A DNA stretch of 64,000 nt from an uncultured Bacteroidales bacterium (lineage in GTDB: Bacteria > Bacteroidota > Bacteroidia > Bacteroidales > JAGOPY01). The notes beneath the pieces are model-generated. The model searched no databases and had not been told where the DNA came from. It worked only from the letters and a program-made list of their open reading frames with translations. The stretch is taken from assembly GCA_964371595.1 (NCBI GenBank), contig CAYJNJ010000003.1, positions 21,094-85,093 on the forward strand, in the 5' to 3' direction. Position numbers and translations under genes: made by a program. Below are positions 10,203 to 20,038 of the stretch, piece after piece (position 1 is the first letter of the stretch; the number at the start of each line of letters is the position of its first letter).

Positions 10203-10232
10203 TCCTCTGGTCATTTCTTTGAAAAAAAATGA

Positions 10233-10240
10233 TATTTTTG
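10233..10240 (+). promoter_or_regulatory. -7 box TATTTTTG upstream of the DUF6089-like gene
   Basis: Matches TAnnTTTG, 17 nt before ATG 10257. Confidence 0.4.
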
Positions 10241-10256
10241 CGTCCTGCACGAAAAA

Positions 10257-11066
10257 ATGAAGAAACTTTTATTAACACTGGCAATTGCCATTTTTAGTTT
10301 GACCGGTTTTTCCCAGACGGCTGAGGTGGGTTTGCTTGGCGGCTTGTCGTATTACCTGGGCGACCTGAACCCGGGGATACATTTCCTGGGGTCAAGGCCG
10401 GCATGGGGTGCAGTTGGCCGGGTAAACCTCGACAACAGGTGGGTTGCAAGGGCAAGCTTTGTCCGTGCCCGGGTCAAAGGCGATGATTCAAAGGGAAATG
10501 CCTATGAACAGCGCGGGCTAAAATTCGAAACGAGGCTTACTGATATCGCACTCACCGCGGAATTTAATTTCTTCGATTATTTCACGGGCAGCCGGAAAAA
10601 CCTTATGACACCATACATCTTTGGCGGAATCGGGATGGTTATTTATGATCCCAGGGCTGATGGGGTAAGCCTCAGGAGCCTTGGCACCGAAGGGCAGAAC
10701 GTTGGTTTTGAAGGTAGAAAACCTTACAGCCGTATAGCTTTTACCATACCTTTCGGAGTAGGCTTCAAATACAGCCTCAACCGCCGGATTTGCTTCTCAG
10801 GGGAATGGGGATTAAGGAAGGCTTTCACCGATTATATTGATGATGTCAGCACTACTTATTACCTTGATGGTGCCAGCATTGATCCGAACAACGCAGAGCA
10901 GGTACTGTCGGATCCCACCTTTCAGCATAAACCAATGCAGGAGAGGGGCAACCCGGCTACTGACGACTGGTATTGCTTTGCGGGGGTCAACCTGACTTAT
11001 AAGTTCCGGTTATACAATAAAAACAAGTGTCCGAATAATTTCGGCCCGGTAGAAGATGATAAATGA
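10257..11066 (+). CDS. DUF6089-like outer-membrane beta-barrel protein
   Basis: Signal peptide and GLLGGLSYYLGDLNP near the N-terminus. It sits between nadK and uppS, as I recall for this family. Confidence 0.45.
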   Translation: MKKLLLTLAIAIFSLTGFSQTAEVGLLGGLSYYLGDLNPGIHFLGSRPAWGAVGRVNLDNRWVARASFVRARVKGDDSKGNAYEQRGLKFETRLTDIALTAEFNFFDYFTGSRKNLMTPYIFGGIGMVIYDPRADGVSLRSLGTEGQNVGFEGRKPYSRIAFTIPFGVGFKYSLNRRICFSGEWGLRKAFTDYIDDVSTTYYLDGASIDPNNAEQVLSDPTFQHKPMQERGNPATDDWYCFAGVNLTYKFRLYNKNKCPNNFGPVEDDK

Positions 11067-11099
11067 TCACTTAAACCAACTGCAGGCGCAAAAAAGGCA

Positions 11100-11855
11100 A
11101 TGAGCTTTAAAGAAAAACTTGATCTGGAAAATTTGCCGAACCACATTGCTGTCATTATGGATGGCAATGGAAGGTGGGCAAAGCAACAGGGAAAGCCAAG
11201 GACTTTCGGCCATAAGCATGGGGTGACTTCGGTCAGGGAAGCGGCCGAAGCTGCTGCCGAGATCGGCGTTAAATACCTTACCCTCTATGCTTTTTCCACC
11301 GAAAACTGGAACCGGCCTAAATTTGAGGTCGATGCGCTGATGCATTTGCTTTTACAGACCATCAACAAGGAAACAAAAACCCTGAATAAGAACAATATAC
11401 GGCTCAATGCCATTGGAAACCTGGCTTCCTTGCCGGAAAGCACCCAGAGGCAACTTGCACAGACCATGGAAAACACCTCTGGCAACAACCGGATGACACT
11501 TACCCTGGCCTTGAGTTATAGTTCCCGCTGGGAGATCCTTGAAGCAGTGAAAAGTTTAGCCGGGGATCTTGCGAAAAACAAGATCAGCCTTGATGATATT
11601 ACGGCAGATTCCTTTTCGAAGCGGCTGCCTTCCTATCCGCTGCCGGATCCGGAATTGCTTATCAGGACCAGCGGCGAGTATCGCGTCAGTAATTTTTTGC
11701 TATGGCAGATTGCCTATTCTGAATTATTCTTCTGCGATAAGTTCTGGCCTGATTTCAGAAAAGAAGACCTGTTTGAAGCGATTTATAATTACCAGCATCG
11801 GGAAAGGCGTTTTGGAAAGACGAGTGACCAGATCAGGAAAAATGAAAAAGGATGA
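11100..11855 (+). CDS. uppS: Isoprenyl transferase (undecaprenyl diphosphate synthase)
   Basis: HIAVIMDGNGRWA, YAFSTENWNRP, RTSGEYRVSNFLLWQIAYSELFF. Confidence 0.9.
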   Translation: MSFKEKLDLENLPNHIAVIMDGNGRWAKQQGKPRTFGHKHGVTSVREAAEAAAEIGVKYLTLYAFSTENWNRPKFEVDALMHLLLQTINKETKTLNKNNIRLNAIGNLASLPESTQRQLAQTMENTSGNNRMTLTLALSYSSRWEILEAVKSLAGDLAKNKISLDDITADSFSKRLPSYPLPDPELLIRTSGEYRVSNFLLWQIAYSELFFCDKFWPDFRKEDLFEAIYNYQHRERRFGKTSDQIRKNEKG

Positions 11856-14539
11856 TAATCAGAAGAATGATTCCTGTAAAGTATACTAATTCAGCCCTGG
11901 CCGGTTCTGCCGTTATCCATCGGATTGCCTTCCTGTCCCTGCTTTTTACCTTATTCTTTGCCGGTACGGTCAACGCCCAGGTATCGATCGGAACTTCAAA
12001 TGTAGTCGATTATACCCGCCCCATTGAATATGAAATCGGCGGCATTACGGTTACCGGTGCCGAATACCTCGACCAGGCGGTACTCGTCATGCTTGCCGGA
12101 CTGAATGTCGGGGAAAAGGTCACGATACCAGGGGAAGAAATTACCAAATCCTTGAGAAAGCTCTGGGACCAGGGACTTTTTGAAGATCTCGGAATTTATA
12201 TCACAGATATTAAAGGTGATTTGGTATTCCTGGAATTACGGCTGAAAGAAAGGCCCAGGCTCACCAAATTCTCCCTGAAAGGCATTAATAAGACCGAGGC
12301 TGATAACATCCGTGAAAAATTGAACCTCACCAGGGGCGATGTAGTTACGGAAAGTCTGCTCATGAGCGCCAAGCACAGGATAAAAGAGCATTTCAGGGAT
12401 AAAGGGTTCCTTGATACGGAAGTCGATATTAAGCAAATTGCCGATACCACCCGTCCCAACAATGTCATCCTCGAGATCGACATAAATAAAAATAACAGGC
12501 TGAGGATCAACAAAATCCTTATTTATGGCAACAAGGAGCTAACGGCCCAGAAGATCAAGAACAGCATGAAAGAGACCAAGGAGATGGGCAAGTTCGAGCC
12601 GCTCAATGATATTGAACTTGCTTTGCTCTATGACCTGCGCGAGCTTTTCCGGCTGAACCCGCAGGGAATTGTCGATTCCACAATGGCGCACCTGAACCGG
12701 ACCGTTAAGATCAGGATCTTCAAGCCTTCCCGTTTTATCCGCAATAAGTACGAGGAAGATATTGTAAAGGTGATCGATAAATATAACAGCCTCGGCTACA
12801 GGGACGCCATGGTCGTCAAAGATTCCCTTTACAGGAATGATGAAAAATCACTGAACCTCGCCCTGACCATCGATGAGGGGGTAAAATATTATTTCAGGAA
12901 TATCACCTGGGTCGGGAATACAAAATACACTGCCGCTCAACTGAATGCTGTGCTGCGCATCAACAAAGGTGATGTGTATAACCGGGAACTGCTTGAGACC
13001 AATCTTTCTTTTAACCCGAATGAGACCGATGTCAGCTCTTTATACCTCGATGATGGCTACCTGTTCTTCTCGGCAGATCCCGTTGAAATCAATGTAGAAA
13101 AGGACTCGATCGACATTGAAGTCCGCATCCGGGAAGGCAAGCAGGCCAGGATCAACAAAGTGATGATCAGCGGGAATACCAAGACCAACGACCATGTTGT
13201 GGTCAGGGAATTAAGGACCAGGCCTGGCCAGCTTTTCAGCCGCAGCGATATCATCAGGACCACCCGTGAGCTTGCGCAGCTAAGGTATTTCGACCCGGAG
13301 AAGATTGTCCCGGATATCGTTCCAAATGCTGCCGACGGGACTGTCGATATCACCTATAAAGTTGAAGAGACCTCTTCCGACCAGATCGAGCTGAGCGGGG
13401 GATGGGGATACGGCAGGATCATTGGTACACTGGGACTTTCTTTCAATAATTTTTCCTTAAAGAATGTTTTCACCCCGGGAGCCTGGAAGCCGGTTCCTTC
13501 GGGTGATGGCCAGAAGCTGAGCCTCAGGCTGCAATCATACGGAAAAGGTTACCTCAGCTACAGCGCTTCATTTACGGAACCCTGGCTGGGCGGACGGAAA
13601 GCCAATGCATTCAGTGTCACCTACTGGCATTCCCTTTATTCTAACGGGAAATCCAAAAACGACCCGCTCAGGTCTGAGTTTATCATTAACGGTCTGACAG
13701 TTGGTCTTGGCAAAAGGCTGACCTGGCCCGATGATTATTTTACCCTTTACCAGGCTATTACCCTACAGCGATACGACCTTTACAATTATTCTCAAATCTT
13801 CCTGTTTGGCTCGGGCACCGGAGTTTACAATAATTTCAATTATAATATCATTTTTGGAAGAAGTTCGATCAGCCAGCCGATCTACCCGACTTTCGGCTCT
13901 GATGTGAACGTTTCCCTTGAGTTAACACCGCCGTATTCACTGTTTAATAATGCGGATTACACGGCTATGAGCGCCGAAGATAAATACCGCTGGATTGAAT
14001 ACCATAAATGGAAGATCAACGCGACCTTCTTTACGGAAATTTTCCCCAAGGCAGTGATCATGACAAGGGCAAAGCTGGGGTTCCTCGGCACTTACAACCA
14101 GGAACTGGGCATCACGCCGTTTGAGAGGTTCTACCTCGGTGGCGACGGGCTGTCGGGCTATAACAACCTCGATGGGCGTGAAATTGTAGGTATGAGGGGT
14201 TATATGAATGAAACCATCACGCCGGGCTATTTCTACAGCAAGAATATCGGGGGTACCATCTATACAAAATATACGCTGGAACTGCGTTACCCGCTTTCAC
14301 TCAATCCAAGCGCCACCATCTTTGCCATGGCTTTCGTGGAAGGCGGTAATTCATGGTTCAATTTTGCCGATTTTAACCCGTTCTCCGTTTACCGGTCTGC
14401 AGGCTTTGGCCTGAGGGTCTTCCTTCCGATGTTCGGCCTGCTGGGTCTCGACTGGGGCTACGGATTTGACGATGTGCCAGGTATCCCTGCGGCTAACGGA
14501 TCACAATTCCACTTTTCAATTAATTCTTCAATCGATTAG
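11852..14539 (+). CDS. bamA: Outer membrane protein assembly factor BamA
   Basis: 895 aa with a signal peptide, POTRA-length repeats and a long C-terminal barrel. ATGA overlap with uppS; followed by two skp/ompH genes. Confidence 0.85.
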   Translation: MIIRRMIPVKYTNSALAGSAVIHRIAFLSLLFTLFFAGTVNAQVSIGTSNVVDYTRPIEYEIGGITVTGAEYLDQAVLVMLAGLNVGEKVTIPGEEITKSLRKLWDQGLFEDLGIYITDIKGDLVFLELRLKERPRLTKFSLKGINKTEADNIREKLNLTRGDVVTESLLMSAKHRIKEHFRDKGFLDTEVDIKQIADTTRPNNVILEIDINKNNRLRINKILIYGNKELTAQKIKNSMKETKEMGKFEPLNDIELALLYDLRELFRLNPQGIVDSTMAHLNRTVKIRIFKPSRFIRNKYEEDIVKVIDKYNSLGYRDAMVVKDSLYRNDEKSLNLALTIDEGVKYYFRNITWVGNTKYTAAQLNAVLRINKGDVYNRELLETNLSFNPNETDVSSLYLDDGYLFFSADPVEINVEKDSIDIEVRIREGKQARINKVMISGNTKTNDHVVVRELRTRPGQLFSRSDIIRTTRELAQLRYFDPEKIVPDIVPNAADGTVDITYKVEETSSDQIELSGGWGYGRIIGTLGLSFNNFSLKNVFTPGAWKPVPSGDGQKLSLRLQSYGKGYLSYSASFTEPWLGGRKANAFSVTYWHSLYSNGKSKNDPLRSEFIINGLTVGLGKRLTWPDDYFTLYQAITLQRYDLYNYSQIFLFGSGTGVYNNFNYNIIFGRSSISQPIYPTFGSDVNVSLELTPPYSLFNNADYTAMSAEDKYRWIEYHKWKINATFFTEIFPKAVIMTRAKLGFLGTYNQELGITPFERFYLGGDGLSGYNNLDGREIVGMRGYMNETITPGYFYSKNIGGTIYTKYTLELRYPLSLNPSATIFAMAFVEGGNSWFNFADFNPFSVYRSAGFGLRVFLPMFGLLGLDWGYGFDDVPGIPAANGSQFHFSINSSID

Positions 14540-14611
14540 CATTCACAAAATAATGGCAGGTTTTTTGCAATTACTAGCTGTTCATTTTAAATTATAAAGG
14601 AGGAAATCACC

Positions 14612-15322
14612 ATGAAAAAAATCATCCTGATCACAACATTGTTAATGATCGTATCTCTTTCCGGCATCAGCCAGAAGTACGCTTTCGTCGACACAGACTA
14701 TATCCTGAACAATATTCCGGAATACACCGATGCACAGGCTTTGCTGGATGACCTTTCAGCCGAGTGGCAGAAAGAGATCGAGGCTAAGTTCCAGGAAATT
14801 GATAAATTATACAGGGAATACCAGGCTGAATCTATCTTATTGCCCGAAGACCTTAAGAAACAAAAGGAAAATGAAATCATTCAAAAAGAAAGGGAAGCCA
14901 AGGAATTGCAGAAGAAACGCTTCGGCAAGGATGGGGACCTCTTCAAGAAAAGAATAGAGCTGGTCCAGCCGATCCAGGAAAAGATATTCAATGCTATCCA
15001 GGACATGGCCGTGACCCGGAATTACGCCTTCATTTTTGATAAAGCATCGGGCGCTTCATTGCTTTTTGCCGACTCAAAATATGATCTCAGCGATGATGTG
15101 TTGGATGAAATTGGTACGGTAATGCAAACCGTAAGGAGGGAAAGCCGCCAGCGGCAAACTGTTCAGCTGGGATCAAGCACCACCACGGGCACAGGCGCGC
15201 AGCCGGGCCAGATGGTGCCATCTCCAAGACCTGCCGGGGCCACCGGAACGTCTTATGACAAAACCGGGACAAATACTTTGAATGATCCGATGCCACCCCC
15301 ACCCGGCGAAAAAAAGAAATGA
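14612..15322 (+). CDS. OmpH/Skp-family periplasmic chaperone with low-complexity P/G/T-rich tail
   Basis: Signal peptide and a long K/E-rich coiled-coil core, in the position after bamA. Confidence 0.7.
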   Translation: MKKIILITTLLMIVSLSGISQKYAFVDTDYILNNIPEYTDAQALLDDLSAEWQKEIEAKFQEIDKLYREYQAESILLPEDLKKQKENEIIQKEREAKELQKKRFGKDGDLFKKRIELVQPIQEKIFNAIQDMAVTRNYAFIFDKASGASLLFADSKYDLSDDVLDEIGTVMQTVRRESRQRQTVQLGSSTTTGTGAQPGQMVPSPRPAGATGTSYDKTGTNTLNDPMPPPPGEKKK

Positions 15323-15342
15323 TGAGAAAATAAAAAATTCCC

Positions 15343-15350
15343 TATATTTG
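15343..15350 (+). promoter_or_regulatory. -7 box TATATTTG upstream of the second skp-like gene
   Basis: Matches TAnnTTTG, 32 nt before ATG 15382. Confidence 0.4.
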
Positions 15351-15381
15351 TCGATCTTAAAAATTATTAATCATATTTCAG

Positions 15382-15894
15382 ATGAAAAACATTCTAAGAC
15401 CCCTCCTGGTGATCATGTTTTGTGCAGTAATGAGCATTGGATTCAGCCAGGCTAATGCGAAATTAGGTTATATCGATTCCAATGAATTGCTTGAAATGAT
15501 GCCGGGAAAGGATTCTATCCAGAATGCAATCCAGGATTATGGTAAGTCGCTTGAAACACAGCTTCAGACCATGTACGGCGAGTACCAGACCAAGCTCCAG
15601 GATTACCAGGCCAACGCCCGCACCATGTCGGATATTATCCGCCAGACCAAGGAAAAGGAACTTGCAGACCTGGAATCACGTATCCAGACTTTCCAGCAGC
15701 AAGCCGATACCGACCTGCAGGAAAAACAGGTTGAACTTTTGCAGCCGCTCCTGGATAAAGCAAAGAATGCCATTAATACCGTCGCCAAAGAAAATGGCTA
15801 CACTTATATTTTTGATATAGGTACCGGCGCATTTCTCTATTATGAAAAGGGAGACAATATCCTCCCCCTCGTTAAGGCCAAACTGGGATTATAA
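15382..15894 (+). CDS. OmpH/Skp-family periplasmic chaperone
   Basis: 170 aa with a signal peptide, GYIDSNELL start and a coiled-coil core. Confidence 0.75.
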   Translation: MKNILRPLLVIMFCAVMSIGFSQANAKLGYIDSNELLEMMPGKDSIQNAIQDYGKSLETQLQTMYGEYQTKLQDYQANARTMSDIIRQTKEKELADLESRIQTFQQQADTDLQEKQVELLQPLLDKAKNAINTVAKENGYTYIFDIGTGAFLYYEKGDNILPLVKAKLGL

Positions 15895-15914
15895 TATAAA
15901 TTAAACCCATTTTC

Positions 15915-15950
15915 AAACCGCTTTCAATTAACTTTGGAGCGGTTTTTTTG
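15915..15950 (+). terminator. Rho-independent terminator after the skp genes
   Basis: AAACCGCT ... AGCGGTTT stem followed by a T-run. Confidence 0.6.
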
Positions 15951-16007
15951 TTTATTCAAGGTCCTAATTCAAAATTCAACATTCAACATTCAAAATTTGA
16001 AATTCCC

Positions 16008-16394
16008 ATGTCTTATTATTTCAGCAAAACAATTCATGCTTCTTTTGAAGAGGCAATCCAGCGTGCTACAGATGCGCTGAAGACCGAAGGTTTCGGTGTC
16101 CTTACAGAAATCAGGATCCACGAAAAGTTAAAAGAAAAGCTCGGGGTAGATTTTCAGAGATATACCATTCTCGGTGCGTGCAACCCGGCTTTTGCCTATA
16201 AAGCCCTCCAGGCGGAGAACAAGATCGGGACGATGCTGCCCTGCAATGTGATCGTCCAGGATCTGGGAGATGACAATATCGAAATTGCTGCAGTCAATCC
16301 GATCGAATCCATGAAAGCCATCGAAAATCCGGGGCTGGGAAAAGTTGCAACCCAGGTAACGGAAATGCTGAAAAATGTGATAGAAAGCCTTTAA
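16008..16394 (+). CDS. DUF302 domain protein
   Basis: The sequence MSYYFSKTI..FEEAIQRATDALKTEGFGVLTEI..LGACNP..A..MLPCNVIV is typical of DUF302. Start moved to ATG 16008. Confidence 0.7.
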   Translation: MSYYFSKTIHASFEEAIQRATDALKTEGFGVLTEIRIHEKLKEKLGVDFQRYTILGACNPAFAYKALQAENKIGTMLPCNVIVQDLGDDNIEIAAVNPIESMKAIENPGLGKVATQVTEMLKNVIESL

Positions 16395-16400
16395 TAGCAT

Positions 16401-16477
16401 AGAGCTTAGGGCTTAGGGCTTAGGGCTTAGAGTTTGTTGATATTACCCCCTACTCTACGCCCTACGCCCTACGCCCT
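16401..16477. repeat. Stutter-palindrome: (GCTTAGG)x3-4 arm and (CGCCCTA)x3 arm; likely bidirectional terminator between convergent genes
   Basis: The tandem heptamers can be read directly. The arms are reverse-complementary except one position per unit. Confidence 0.7.
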
Positions 16478-16992
16478 CAAAGCTTATACCACTCCGCGTA
16501 CATGTTATAGCTCCCTGCAATTCTCTGTATTTCCCCTTCGGAAAGGCCTTTGTCGATTGATTTGATCTTTCTGGCCGGGGTGCCTGCATAAACACTGCCT
16601 GCCTCAACCACCGTGCCTTTGGTTACCAACGCACCGGCTGCAATTATGCTGTTGCTCTCAACCACCACATGGTCCATGATGATTGCCCCCATTCCGATCA
16701 GTACATTGTCGTGGAGGGTGCAGCCATGTACAATAGCATTGTGCGCAATGGAGACATTGTTTCCAATGTTGACAGGCGCCTGGCGATAGGTGCAGTGGAT
16801 GATCACACCATCCTGGATATTGACATTGTTCCCGATCCGGATATAATGCACATCGCCGCGCACCACGGCATTGAACCACACGCTGCAGTCGTTTCCAAGC
16901 ACTACATCCCCGATCACCGTGGCCGTATCGGCCAGGAAACACCGTTTCCCGATGTTCGGAATAATGCCTTTCACTGCTTTTACCAGGGACAT
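16477..16992 (-). CDS. Gamma-carbonic-anhydrase-like hexapeptide-repeat protein (YrdA/PaaY family)
   Basis: 171 aa with left-handed beta-helix hexapeptide repeats: IGDVVLGNDCSVWFNAVVRGDV..IRIGNNVNIQDG. Confidence 0.75.
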   Translation of the reverse strand: MSLVKAVKGIIPNIGKRCFLADTATVIGDVVLGNDCSVWFNAVVRGDVHYIRIGNNVNIQDGVIIHCTYRQAPVNIGNNVSIAHNAIVHGCTLHDNVLIGMGAIIMDHVVVESNSIIAAGALVTKGTVVEAGSVYAGTPARKIKSIDKGLSEGEIQRIAGSYNMYAEWYKL

Positions 16993-17004
16993 AGCAATTC
17001 GTTT

Positions 17005-18615
17005 TTAATAATCTGTTAGCCCGTTCTCAGGCAAAATGTGATTCTCATTTTGCTTAGGATGAGGATAATCGATGGAATAATGCAGACCCCGGCTTTCTTT
17101 CCTGGCCAGTGCCATTTTTATGATAAGGTAACCTATGTTGATGATATTACGCAGCTCACATAATTTAAAAGTCAGGATCGATTTATTATAAAGATCTTCG
17201 GTTTCACGGTAGATGATCTGGAGCCTGTCGAATGCCCTCTGCAAACGCAGGTCCGACCTTACAATACCGACATAGCTGGTCATGATGGCCTGTACTTCTT
17301 TCAGGCTCTGGGTGATCAAAACCATTTCTTCGTTCAGGATCATCCCCTCGGCATTCCAGTCGGGCACATCATGGTTGATCTCTAAATGGCGCATTAAAGC
17401 ACCGGAATCTAGGGCAGCCCGGTGTGAGAAGACTGCTGATTCAAGAAGGGAATTCGAAGCCAGCCGGTTAGCCCCATGAAGTCCTGTCGATGCACATTCA
17501 CCTGTTGCATAAAGATGTTTTATGGAGCTGCGGGCATATTCATCCACTTTGATCCCGCCGCAGGTGTAATGAGCCCCGGGTACAACGGGGATCATTTCCT
17601 TCGTGATATTGATCCCGAGGGTAAGGCACTTGGCATAAATCGTCGGGAAATGCTGGATGAGTTCATTGGGGTCGAGGTGGCGGCAATCCAGGCTTACAAA
17701 ATCATCCCCCGATATTTTCATCTCGTTGTCAATAGCGCGGGCCACGATATCACGCGGGGCCAGCGACCCGCGCTCATCATATTTATGCATGAACTCCTGG
17801 CCTGTCCTGGTTTTCAGGATCGCACCGAATCCCCTGAGCGCTTCAGTGATCAGGAAAGAAGGCTTCTCATCAGGATTGTAAAGTGTGGTAGGATGGAACT
17901 GGATGAATTCCATGTTCTCAACCACGCCTTTGGCTCGGTAAACCATGGCAATGCCGTCGCCGGTGGCAATTTCGGGATTGGTGGTATTGCCATATACCTG
18001 GCCTGCACCGCCCGTAGCCAGCAGGGTAACTTTTGAAAGTATCGTATGGATTTCCTTTGTCTCCGGGTTCAGGACGTAAGCCCCGTAACAGGTGATATCG
18101 TGCGTCCGCCGGTTGATTTCGATGCCCAGGTGGTGCTGGGTGATCAGGTCGACCGTAAAATGATTTTCGAGGATATCTATATTGGGATGATTCTTGACTT
18201 TGCTCAGCAAGGCACGCTCGATCTCCGCTCCCGTCTGGTCCTTGTAATGCAGCACCCTGAATTCCGAATGCCCGCCTTCCTTATGCAGATCAAAGCGGCC
18301 CGTATCTTTCTTGTCGAATTCCACGCCCCATTCCACGAGTTCCTTTACCCTTTCCGTCGATTCGGTAATGGCTATGCGTACGATGTCAGGGTTGCACAGG
18401 TCATCACCGGCATTCATCGTATCAATGATATGCTTGGCATAAGTATCAGGGTTATACATCACGGCGGCAATGCCACCCTGGGCATATTTCGTCGCTGTTT
18501 CATCAGCCTTTGCCTTGGTGATGATAAGGACTTTCCCATGATCCGCAACCTTCAGTGCGTAACTCAGCCCGGCAATGCCCGACCCGATAACCAGGAAATC
18601 AACTATTTTGCGCAT
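17005..18615 (-). CDS. nadB: L-aspartate oxidase
   Basis: FAD-binding VIGSGIAGL, HYTCGGIKVD, GANRLASNSLLE and RKESRGLHY motifs. Confidence 0.9.
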   Translation of the reverse strand: MRKIVDFLVIGSGIAGLSYALKVADHGKVLIITKAKADETATKYAQGGIAAVMYNPDTYAKHIIDTMNAGDDLCNPDIVRIAITESTERVKELVEWGVEFDKKDTGRFDLHKEGGHSEFRVLHYKDQTGAEIERALLSKVKNHPNIDILENHFTVDLITQHHLGIEINRRTHDITCYGAYVLNPETKEIHTILSKVTLLATGGAGQVYGNTTNPEIATGDGIAMVYRAKGVVENMEFIQFHPTTLYNPDEKPSFLITEALRGFGAILKTRTGQEFMHKYDERGSLAPRDIVARAIDNEMKISGDDFVSLDCRHLDPNELIQHFPTIYAKCLTLGINITKEMIPVVPGAHYTCGGIKVDEYARSSIKHLYATGECASTGLHGANRLASNSLLESAVFSHRAALDSGALMRHLEINHDVPDWNAEGMILNEEMVLITQSLKEVQAIMTSYVGIVRSDLRLQRAFDRLQIIYRETEDLYNKSILTFKLCELRNIINIGYLIIKMALARKESRGLHYSIDYPHPKQNENHILPENGLTDY

Positions 18616-18618
18616 TAC

Positions 18619-18706
18619 TTCTATTGTTTCATTGTTCTAGTGTTCTATTGTTCGATTGTTCTAATGTCAGGTTACACAATAACAATCGATCTATTGAACA
18701 ATCGAG
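18619..18706. repeat. Stutter-palindrome built from ATTGTTC words and their complement GAACAAT
   Basis: Left arm has ATTGTT(C/T) x4-5, right arm has ACAAT / GAACAATCGA x3. Lies between the sucB stop and the nadB start. Confidence 0.65.
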
Positions 18707-18720
18707 CCTTAGATCAGGGC

Positions 18721-20028
18721 TTATAAATTCAATAATTTAGCAACAGGATCACTCCCATCAAACATCATTTTCGCCGGATCCTCCAGCATCTCTTTAACTT
18801 TCACCAGGAAGCTGACCGATTCACGGCCGTCGATGATCCGGTGGTCATAGGATAGCGCTACGTACATGATGGGATGGATCTCCACCTGTCCGTTAACCGC
18901 AACCGGTCGCTCGACGATGTTGTGCATGCCCAGGATAGCGCTCTGCGGCGGGTTCAGTATCGGTGTGGAAAGCATCGAGCCGAATACCCCGCCGTTTGTG
19001 ATCGTGAATGTGCCGCCTTTCATCTCGTCCAGGCTGATCTTGTTATCCCTGGCTTTCGTTGCCAGTTCCTTTATCTTCAGTTCTATTTCAACTATCGTCA
19101 TCTGGTCAGCATTCCTGAGAACGGGTACCATCAGGCCTTTCGGCGTGCTTACTGCTATCCCGATATCGGCATATTTAAAATAAATGACTTCATCCCCGTC
19201 GATCTGGGCGTTTACCTGCGGGAATTGCTGCAGGGCTACGGTGACGGCTTTTGTGAAAAAAGACATGAATCCCAGTGAAATGCCATGCTTTTCTTTGAAA
19301 AAGTCTTTGTATTGCTGCCTGATCTTCATGATCGGGGTCATGTTCACTTCATTAAAGGTGGTCAGCATGGCTGTTTCATTCTTAACCGAAACAAGCCTTT
19401 CCGCCAGCTTCAATCGTAATGTCGACATTTTTTGGCGTTCTGTTTCCCTGCTACCAAACTGTCGTCCCTGGCGGGACTCCCTGTTTCCCTGCATCCCCGC
19501 TTCCCCGCTACCATTCTGTCGTCCCTGGCGGGACTCCGCGAAATTGCTTTTCTCTTCCAGTATAAAGCTTACATCACTTTTTGAGAAGCGGTAGTTTTTG
19601 ATGAATTCCACGAATTCCTGCTCGCTCATGTTGCTGGCTTCGAGGAGTTTTTGAGCCAGGGGAGAAAGGTGGGGCCTGATTTCAGCAACGGGCTCAGGCG
19701 ATTTTGCCGGTACCGGCTCTGCTTTTTTATCCACTACGGGAGAAGCAACCGCAACAGGGGCCTCAGTTTTGGCTTTTGAAACTGACGCTTTGCCGTCGGT
19801 TTCAATTTTAGCTACCACCGATCCGACATCAACTGTCGCCCCTTTGGCTGTAATGATCTTTATAATGCCAGATTGTTCAGCACTGATGCTCAGCGTGGCT
19901 TTGTCGGAGTCAATCTCGGCGATTTCCTGGTCTTTCTCTACATAAGAGCCGTCTTCCACCAGCCAGTTGGCTAGCTGCACTTCGCTGATCGACTCTCCCG
20001 GGCTGGGAACTTTAACCTCTATGATCAT
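18721..20028 (-). CDS. sucB: 2-oxoglutarate dehydrogenase E2 (dihydrolipoyllysine-residue succinyltransferase)
   Basis: Lipoyl domain ([11 protein letters not shown]), E3-binding domain ([10 protein letters not shown]), catalytic [11 protein letters not shown]. Contains an unusual repeat in the linker (see findings). Confidence 0.85.
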   Translation of the reverse strand: MIIEVKVPSPGESISEVQLANWLVEDGSYVEKDQEIAEIDSDKATLSISAEQSGIIKIITAKGATVDVGSVVAKIETDGKASVSKAKTEAPVAVASPVVDKKAEPVPAKSPEPVAEIRPHLSPLAQKLLEASNMSEQEFVEFIKNYRFSKSDVSFILEEKSNFAESRQGRQNGSGEAGMQGNRESRQGRQFGSRETERQKMSTLRLKLAERLVSVKNETAMLTTFNEVNMTPIMKIRQQYKDFFKEKHGISLGFMSFFTKAVTVALQQFPQVNAQIDGDEVIYFKYADIGIAVSTPKGLMVPVLRNADQMTIVEIELKIKELATKARDNKISLDEMKGGTFTITNGGVFGSMLSTPILNPPQSAILGMHNIVERPVAVNGQVEIHPIMYVALSYDHRIIDGRESVSFLVKVKEMLEDPAKMMFDGSDPVAKLLNL

Positions 20029-20038
20029 ATGGTAAGGC

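Noticed and set aside
14730-14957. Alternative-frame ORFs inside the skp genes (14730..14957, 15524..15820).
   Set aside because: They are K/R/S-rich translations caused by the AAG/GAA-rich coiled-coil coding sequence. The annotated frames have signal peptides and family features.
15948-16007. N-terminal extension of the DUF302 ORF (MFIQGPNSKFNIQHSKFEIP).
   Set aside because: It is encoded by the ATTCAA word-repeat region. DUF302 proteins start near MSYYF, so ATG 16008 is preferred.
16401-16477. Possible CRISPR array, also considered for the other tandem-word regions.
   Set aside because: The units are only 6-8 nt with no spacers, the arms are mutually complementary, and there are no cas genes anywhere in the window.
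17476-18726. Long plus-strand ORFs (17476..18036, 18046..18726) opposite nadB. Similar antisense ORFs lie opposite other long genes (for example 3748..4251, 4345..4857, 7952..8545, 21821..22579, 26039..26611, 33748..34329, 38465..39040).
   Set aside because: They lie entirely inside genes with strong family motifs on the other strand. They have low-complexity, Arg/Pro/Gly-rich translations and no start context, so they are shadow ORFs typical of mid/high-GC coding DNA.
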